NCBI GenBank assembly: GCA_963722255.1
Contig: CAVRJO010000001.1
Location: 224,001-288,000 of the forward strand
From: Candidatus Babeliales bacterium
GTDB taxonomy: Bacteria; Babelota; Babeliae; Babelales; JANWKD01
DNA length: 64,000 bases
Reading direction: 5' to 3'
Position numbers and translations under genes: made by a program. Numbering within the stretch: position 1 is the first letter of the stretch; every line of letters begins with the position of its first letter. The notes beneath the pieces were generated by a model that worked only from the letters and a program-made list of their open reading frames with translations, was not told the DNA's origin and searched no databases. Positions 57,270 to 64,000 of the stretch are shown here, one piece after another.

Positions 57270-57938
57270 ATGAAATATGTAATAACTATATTCTTTACAA
57301 CATCATTGTTTCTTGCACCAGCGTTTGTACAAAGCATGGAGAAAAAAGACTCTTCAGCAGAAGTTTCACAAGAAGAATGGCCTTATGTACGAGCTATCAT
57401 GACTCTTCCAAACGAAACATCAACAGTAGAGCTACAAGAATTTATAACACTATACACACTTCCTTACATAGCATATGTTTATGATAGACGTGATGAAAAT
57501 ACGTTCAAATCTCTACTAGGAGCTGATCCCGAGGAAATTTTAAAGGGTCGCTACAAAGAATATCTGGATCTTATAAAACACCAAGAAACTATTATAGAAG
57601 AGCTTGACCAAGGTCTTGGCAATATCGACAAAACTCGTTCTGACAACAAAAGGCTATTCAAAATTGGAAGCTATACCCTCTGGAGTGGCATTCTTACATT
57701 ATGCGCAAATCGACTTTTTCCGATGGTATCACCATTAATGAAAGAGTTCTGGTCTAAATATCCTACATTTTCATTAGTGTCTTGTACAACCGGTGTTGCC
57801 CTTAGCGGATATGGCCTGTTTACACTATTTACATATAATAACCATAGAAGACAAATAGATGGGCTTTTAAAAGCAAAAAGCGATCTTGTTACACTAAAGA
57901 TGCTTGGCGTTTTTTTCTCAGAAGAAAAAGACAAATAA
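57270..57938 (+). CDS. Hypothetical secreted protein with coiled coil and two-helix anchor
   Basis: GAAAGGA RBS; VQS|MEK; two hydrophobic segments near the C-terminus. Confidence 0.6.
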   Translation: MKYVITIFFTTSLFLAPAFVQSMEKKDSSAEVSQEEWPYVRAIMTLPNETSTVELQEFITLYTLPYIAYVYDRRDENTFKSLLGADPEEILKGRYKEYLDLIKHQETIIEELDQGLGNIDKTRSDNKRLFKIGSYTLWSGILTLCANRLFPMVSPLMKEFWSKYPTFSLVSCTTGVALSGYGLFTLFTYNNHRRQIDGLLKAKSDLVTLKMLGVFFSEEKDK

Positions 57939-57963
57939 AGTAATAAAAAATAAATACTCCACT

Positions 57964-58434
57964 ATGGAACAGAATATAATCCACATTTCTTACATGAGTA
58001 AAGCGCTTCAACAAGCACAAAAGGCATTTAATAAGAATGAAGTGCCCATTGGAGCACTCATAGTTGATCCACAGGGCAACATTATCGGCCGTGGGCACAA
58101 TCTTGTAGAACAAAAAAAACAACAAACAGCTCATGCAGAGATTCGCGCAATTGAACAAGCATGCAGGAAACAAAAAGATTGGCGTCTGGATGGCTGTTGG
58201 ATCTATGTCACTCTTGAGCCCTGCTCTATGTGCATGAATCTTATTCTTTTAAGTAGATGTACCGGTTTAGTCTATGGAGCATCTTCTCCTATTTTTGGCT
58301 TTGAACTTGACAATACTGGACCTCTTCAGCTATATAGAAGAAACAAGATTCAAATAATCAAAGAAATTTGCCAAAAAGAATCTATCGAATTACTAAAAAA
58401 TTTTTTCAAAAAAAAGAGGAAATCGAGTGAGTGA
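57964..58434 (+). CDS. tadA: tRNA adenosine deaminase
   Basis: EVPIGA, TAHAE, WRL, VTLEPCSMC. Confidence 0.9.
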   Translation: MEQNIIHISYMSKALQQAQKAFNKNEVPIGALIVDPQGNIIGRGHNLVEQKKQQTAHAEIRAIEQACRKQKDWRLDGCWIYVTLEPCSMCMNLILLSRCTGLVYGASSPIFGFELDNTGPLQLYRRNKIQIIKEICQKESIELLKNFFKKKRKSSE

Positions 58435-58801
58435 CGAAAAAAAAATCAATAAAGATATAAACATCGAAGAGATAAAAAAACAGCTCCTTGAAAGAAAAAA
58501 AGAGCTTGATAGAGATCTTGGAGAACTGTATAAACCAACAAATTTTAGCGATGTGCAGGATGTCGGCGATCAAGCATTATCCTCATCGATGGAAACAATA
58601 AAAATATCATTACAGGATGCTGAACTTGACGAATACAATAGGATTGCCAAAGCACTTGAAATGATTGAAGAAGGCACCTATGGGATTTGCGTCGATTGTG
58701 GACAGCCGATTTCAGAAAAAAGACTAAAGCTATTTCCCAATGCTACCAGATGTTTAAAATGCCAAGAACTTCTTGAGGAAACAAAAAAAGAGTTACTATA
58801 G
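58427..58801 (+). CDS. dksA: DksA/TraR C4 zinc-finger protein
   Basis: DVGDQA coiled-coil tip; GTYGICVDCG..I...RL...P....CLKC. Confidence 0.85.
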   Translation: MSDEKKINKDINIEEIKKQLLERKKELDRDLGELYKPTNFSDVQDVGDQALSSSMETIKISLQDAELDEYNRIAKALEMIEEGTYGICVDCGQPISEKRLKLFPNATRCLKCQELLEETKKELL

Positions 58802-58852
58802 CTATGCTTTTTTTATAGAGATGGTATAGTATTTGTAGCCTAATTGGCTTTT

Positions 58853-58927
<75 letters not shown>

Positions 58928-58961
58928 TTAAACAACTATTTTTGTATTTGAATCCTATTTT

Positions 58962-58990
58962 TTGACAATTTTGCGTAATTTTGACATTCT
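58962..58990 (+). promoter_or_regulatory. Sigma70-type promoter of rpsI
   Basis: TTGACA-N17-CATTCT with TG extension. Confidence 0.45.
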
Positions 58991-59017
58991 TACTAGTAGG
59001 TAAATTATTTATTTTAT

Positions 59018-59494
59018 ATGCCAAACAAGGACACTAACCTCCCCATGGATAAACTAAAAAACATTAAAACTAAAGGTTCCACAGCTAAAACTCATACTAC
59101 AAAGAAAAATGCGCCCCTCGCTCATGGTGTTGGTCGTCGTAAAAGTTCAGTAGCACGCGTTTATATTCGCAGAGGAACAGGTAAAATAGTAGTAAATGAT
59201 CAAGAATACGCTACCTATTTCACTACCGATATCGCTCGTCTTGATGCAACTAAACCGTTCAGAGCCCTTAAAACTACAGCTTACGATGTAACAGCCGATG
59301 TTAGTGGCGGTGGGATCAACGGTCAAGCAGGTGCATTGCGTTTAGGTATTGCGCGTGCTATGGTTTCTCTTGATGAAAACTTGCGTCCGCTTTTACGTTC
59401 ATTTGACCTTTTAACTTCCGATTCACGTGTTAAAGAGCGTAAAAAATATGGTCAAAAAGCTGCACGTCGCAAATTCCAATTTGTAAAACGTTAA
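59018..59494 (+). CDS. rpsI: 30S ribosomal protein S9
   Basis: GRRKSSVARV, GGGINGQAGALRLGIARA, ERKKYG..ARRKFQFVKR. Confidence 0.97.
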   Translation: MPNKDTNLPMDKLKNIKTKGSTAKTHTTKKNAPLAHGVGRRKSSVARVYIRRGTGKIVVNDQEYATYFTTDIARLDATKPFRALKTTAYDVTADVSGGGINGQAGALRLGIARAMVSLDENLRPLLRSFDLLTSDSRVKERKKYGQKAARRKFQFVKR

Positions 59495-59551
59495 TTTCTA
59501 TTATCAACGCATAATAATTTTGGCCTAACTATACTTAAAGGAGTAGTAAGT

Positions 59552-61394
59552 ATGTGTGGACTTGTTGGTTATATAGGCAATAATTTTAGTAGATCACATA
59601 TTATTAAAGGGCTTAGTCGATTAGAATACCGTGGATATGATTCTGCCGGATTTGCATGTTTAAGCCCTTCTAATAACCATATTATTTACAGCAAAGCTCA
59701 GGGTCATCTTAAAAATCTCATTAAAAGTTTTGATGAAACTCCTATAGACGGTCATATTGGACTAGGGCATACTCGTTGGTCAAGTCATGGTATAGCTTCA
59801 ACGGAAAACGCCCATCCTCACTTTGATTGTCAAAAGAAAATTTCTGTGGCTCATAATGGCATTATAGAAAATTATCACGAGCTTAAGAGTGCAATTATGC
59901 AAAGAAGGACACATTTTCGCATCTCAAACAGATACGGAAGTCATAGCACACCTCCTTGAAGACTTATTAAAAAAAACGACCTCTCTTCACACTGCATTAC
60001 TTGGTTTAACACAAGCTCTACGCGGTGCATATGCCTTAATCTTTATAAGTGAGCTTTTTCCCGACCAAATGATCGTAATACGAAAAGGATCACCGTTATG
60101 CCTTGGAATTGGCATTCACGAGATATTTGTTTCCTCTGATCCCTTAGCATTTGCAGAAAATACTAATAATGCCGTCTATTTACCTGACCAGAGCTTTGCT
60201 ATCCTTAATAAAGATTCTATTGATCTGTATGATTTTTCGGGTACTGCTTTGACCCCTTCTATACAAAAGATCAATGCATACTGGACCAATGTTGATAAAA
60301 TGGGCTATAAGCATTTTATGCTTAAAGAAATTTATGAACAAAAAAGCGCAATAATAAATACTTTAGAACATTTAGATGCAGTCCCTGAGATTTGGCATCA
60401 AATGGGTATTTCAGCCGATACATGCAAAAAAATTGATTCCATTGCTCTCATTGGATGTGGAACATCATGGTACGCTGCAAGAATTGCTCAATTTTATTTT
60501 GAACAACTCTGCTTAATTCCGTCAAAGATTTTGCTTGGGTCAGAATTTAGATACATGCCTTTTTTCCCTGAAAAAAATACCCTCTATATTGCAATCTCAC
60601 AATCAGGAGAAACAGCAGATACCCTTGAAGCAATACGCTTAATCAATTCATTTAATTTACCAACAGTCGGATTAACTAATGTTAACTCGAGCACACTTGT
60701 GCGTGAAGCCCAGGGCTTTGTGCTTATGAATGCAGGACCTGAGATTGCAGTTGCCTCTACAAAAGCATTTTCTTGTCAACTTGCTACCCTATTTTGGCTT
60801 GCAAACAAAATAGCTTTAGAAAAAAATCTTATTAAGCAATCCCATATGGAACAGGCACGTAATGATATATTGTTGGCTGCCGAAACTTTGGAAAATACTA
60901 TCTCAACCTATCAAGATAGTATAGTAGCTAAGCTTGCTCCCTTTTATGCGCAGTTTAAAAAATTTATCTTTTTAGGTAGAAATATCAGTTATCCTTTTGC
61001 AATGGAAGCAGCGTTAAAACTTAAAGAGATTGCTTACGTTTTTGCGCAGTGTTATCCGGCTGGAGAACTTAAACATGGCCCTATTGCCCTTATTGATAGC
61101 GAAACTCCCATCTTAATTTTTTCAACGCTTGATCCATTAATTTATCAAAAATTGGTGTCAAATGCTCAAGAGGTTAAAGCGCGTAATGGACATCTAACTA
61201 TTTTTGCATTTGAAGGGCAACAAGAGCTCATTGAACTCGCTGATATAATTTTTATTATCCCGACCGTGAATCCATTGCTCGCTCCACTTGCAATGACGGG
61301 ATTAATGCAATTTTTGATGTATCAAATTGCTGATAGCCTTGGATGCCACATTGATAAACCAAGAAATCTTGCAAAATCTGTTACGATAGAATAA
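59552..61394 (+). CDS. glmS: Glutamine-fructose-6-phosphate aminotransferase, frameshifted near 59890
   Basis: MCGLVG, LEYRGYDSAG, GHTRW, HNGIIEN; second frame SQTDTE, SQSGETADT, GELKHGP, PRNLAKSVT. Confidence 0.95.
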
Positions 61395-61620
61395 ACAAGT
61401 TGCTTTACTCTATACTGCGCACTAGCCATATTTTATAACAAAAAATAGTACAATGTGCATCACAAACCATGAAAAATGGTATATAATAGTCACATGTTTA
61501 TATAAAGAGCGGGTTTACTTTAACATCTAGTTCTTTGTATACTATTCATTAATTGCTAGTATGCATATAAAAAAAACAAAAAAAACAAAAAAAATTAAAA
61601 AATCTCTGGAGCATAGAGAA

Positions 61621-62973
61621 ATGGCAATCTTTCGATATTCTATAAAAATGATCCTTCTTGCCGTACTCTATCTTTTTGTAGTAAGAATAACAGCGCGAGA
61701 AAATTGTTTTCAATTGGACAATAGTTCTTCAAATGAATTTTGGATTACGGTCGTAGTCCATGGAATTGTAAATATAAAACCGCATCTTTCGGTTTCAAAC
61801 TTAATTCGTTTCATGCGCGATCAAATTACAGATTCAATTTATGCACGAGCAGTAGAGATAATGAGAGTAGATCCCTTTTTTTTCCAATATTCTGCTATGC
61901 AAGGCCTTGGCTTAGAAAAAATAGACCCAACCCTAAAACGAGAAGGTTATGCCTCGGGTGCATTTGCCTTGAGTTATACTAGTTTTGACCAATTAAATAA
62001 TCAAAATAATGAAAAGAATATCTTTTATACCTTTGGCTGGTCCGGATTACTCAGCACTCAAATACGATATTATGAAGCTGAAATTTTTTATCGTGCACTC
62101 GAAAATGAGATTAACTATTATAGAGCGCAAGGACTTAATCCAAAAGTTAGAATTATTGGCTATAGCCATGGAGGCTATATTGCTCTTAATTTAGGAGCAG
62201 TATTTAATAATAAAAAGAAAGACGCAGTTGATTGGTGTGTCGATGAACTGATTCTCCTTGGTGTCCCTGTCATTTCAGATACCGATTTTTTAGTTGATAG
62301 TTTGCTCTTTAAGGAAGTATATCATGTTTATTCGCCCGGCGATCGCGTTCAAGTTGTTGATTGTCTTGCAACTAATAGATTTTTTTCTCACAGAATATTT
62401 AGATCACGGCTTGGGTTTTTACTTCCACAAAAATTGAAACAGATTCAATTCCGAGTAAAAAGAGTAGCAAAAACAAGAGCAGCAAAGCACCATTGTAAAC
62501 ATCATGCGCAAGAATATCCAGCAAAGTTACTCCGCAATGCCGATCCTGGGCATACAGAACTTTGGTCTTTTGGATGGTCCATGGGCTACCGATCCCATTT
62601 ACCTCTTTATCCTTTTCCTGCAGGAGTATATCTTGGTTATCTTATAAATAGTATAAAAAATAATTACATTGGCAACAATCATCTTATTATGGATATTAGA
62701 CCTTTTCAAGAAAAAATATGTATCAGTGCCTATGATTCATCATTCAACATGGTTGTTCCTTTTCCATCAAAGCAATTTCATGAAGAAGTTGTTCAGCAAC
62801 TTAATCCATATGTTCCAATCAATTGTTCTCGAGAGGCATATAAACAAAGATCTGACCATGCTTTAGAAATTGCTTATGAACAAAAGAAGGATGAATGGCG
62901 TCGAAGGCGTCGATGCCTGCCACGATTTAAGAAAAAATTTATGGCACAGAAGACACAAAAAGTAGAATGTTAA
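61621..62973 (+). CDS. Hypothetical secreted protein with alpha/beta-hydrolase-like GxSxG
   Basis: VVVHG, FGWSG, IIGYSHGG, LILLGVP. Confidence 0.55.
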   Translation: MAIFRYSIKMILLAVLYLFVVRITARENCFQLDNSSSNEFWITVVVHGIVNIKPHLSVSNLIRFMRDQITDSIYARAVEIMRVDPFFFQYSAMQGLGLEKIDPTLKREGYASGAFALSYTSFDQLNNQNNEKNIFYTFGWSGLLSTQIRYYEAEIFYRALENEINYYRAQGLNPKVRIIGYSHGGYIALNLGAVFNNKKKDAVDWCVDELILLGVPVISDTDFLVDSLLFKEVYHVYSPGDRVQVVDCLATNRFFSHRIFRSRLGFLLPQKLKQIQFRVKRVAKTRAAKHHCKHHAQEYPAKLLRNADPGHTELWSFGWSMGYRSHLPLYPFPAGVYLGYLINSIKNNYIGNNHLIMDIRPFQEKICISAYDSSFNMVVPFPSKQFHEEVVQQLNPYVPINCSREAYKQRSDHALEIAYEQKKDEWRRRRRCLPRFKKKFMAQKTQKVEC

Positions 62974-63062
62974 CAACATTTATAACTTTATACGTTATGT
63001 TATGCTTAAGATAAGAGATATATGAAGTTAGAACCTGAACCGAAAAATTTTTGAGTAAAAAA

Positions 63063-64000
63063 ATGAAAAAATTACCTATTGGCACAAGTGATTTTAAAAA
63101 ACTTATTAATGAAGATTATTACTACGTTGATAAAACTCTCTTCATCAAAGAACTTATTGAGAGTTCAGGTGAAGTACTCTTAATTCCTCGACCTCGACGA
63201 TTTGGCAAAACGCTTAATCTCTCAATGTTACGCTATTTTTTTGAAAAAACAGAAACTGATACGAGCATTCTTTTTGCACATACCGAAATTTGGAAACATG
63301 AAGAGTATAAAAAGCTGCAAGGAAAAAACCCTGTTATATTTCTCACCTTTAAAGATATAAAAGAATCCGATTGGCATAAAGCTTATGAAAGTTTTAGAAT
63401 AATTATTGCAAAAGAGTTCAAGCGACATGAATCAGCACTCCTGCCAACGTTATCTGATTTTCATCGAAAAACTTATCAAGCAATTTTGGAACAAAATGCA
63501 AGTGAAGTTGTTTATACTCAAAGTTTATCGTTATTAACAGAGCTTTTGTATAATCATTACCAGAAAAAGGTTATCGTATTACTTGATGAATACGATGCTC
63601 CAATACATGCCGGATATAATAATGGATATTATAATGAGGCTACGCAATTTATGCGTTCGCTGTTAACCGCAGTTCTAAAAGATAATAGTTATCTTGAACG
63701 CGGGGTTTTAACAGGGATCTTGAGAACTGCAAAAGAAGGTATTTTTTCAGGACTTAATAATCTTAAAGTTTGTTCGCTTCTTGATAATGCCTTTCAAGAT
63801 AAATTTGGTTTTTCGCAATTTGAAGTAGAACAATTTTTGAAAGACTATAACCATTTAAATAGTTTGGATGATGTGCAACAGTGGTATAACGGTTACACCA
63901 TTGGCACCACGACCATTTACAACCCCTGGTCATTATTAATGTACAGCGACAATCAATGGAGATTGCAACCATATTGGGTTAATACCAGCGATAATCAGAT
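63063..64000 (+). CDS. AAA-ATPase-like / PD-(D/E)XK nuclease family protein (runs off the window; absent from the ORF track)
   Basis: Hand translation: MKKLPIGTSDF...YVDKT...RPRRFGKTLNLSML...LDEYDAP...SGLNN...WYNGY...YNPWS. Confidence 0.88.
   Translation, partial: MKKLPIGTSDFKKLINEDYYYVDKTLFIKELIESSGEVLLIPRPRRFGKTLNLSMLRYFFEKTETDTSILFAHTEIWKHEEYKKLQGKNPVIFLTFKDIKESDWHKAYESFRIIIAKEFKRHESALLPTLSDFHRKTYQAILEQNASEVVYTQSLSLLTELLYNHYQKKVIVLLDEYDAPIHAGYNNGYYNEATQFMRSLLTAVLKDNSYLERGVLTGILRTAKEGIFSGLNNLKVCSLLDNAFQDKFGFSQFEVEQFLKDYNHLNSLDDVQQWYNGYTIGTTTIYNPWSLLMYSDNQWRLQPYWVNTSDNQ

Overview
AT-rich bacterial chromosome segment, most consistent with an intracellular protist-associated bacterium of the Dependentiae/Babeliae (TM6) type. 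This is an inference from tandem nucleotide-transporter (NTT) genes, ankyrin/WD40/cPLA2/J-domain proteins with signal peptides, and fragmented housekeeping operons. Housekeeping content: lepA, rpsT, rpmB, ftsH, tolQRAB, cca, dsbD, hpf, der, dnaX, SRP RNA, tRNA-Ser, rpsB, lon, cmk, recJ, lysS, sodA, ftsB-like, rapZ, gyrB, tadA, dksA, tRNA-Thr, rpsI, glmS. An accessory region (~31-54.5 kb) is rich in secreted effector-like genes, with one complete IS and several gene relics. Several genes are frameshifted (dsbD, PLA2, lysS, sodA, glmS), probably from assembly indels. Top leads: (1) a ~520-nt intergenic, minus-strand sequence between the NTT pair and lon that folds into nested four-way junctions and matches no housekeeping RNA I can recognise; (2) an FtsH with two complete tandem AAA+ modules; (3) a recurring signal peptide that leaves Met as residue +1 on about 13 otherwise mostly unrelated effector-like proteins; (4) a shuffled two-helix membrane-anchor module shared among effectors. 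All folds and family calls were made by eye; no searches were run.
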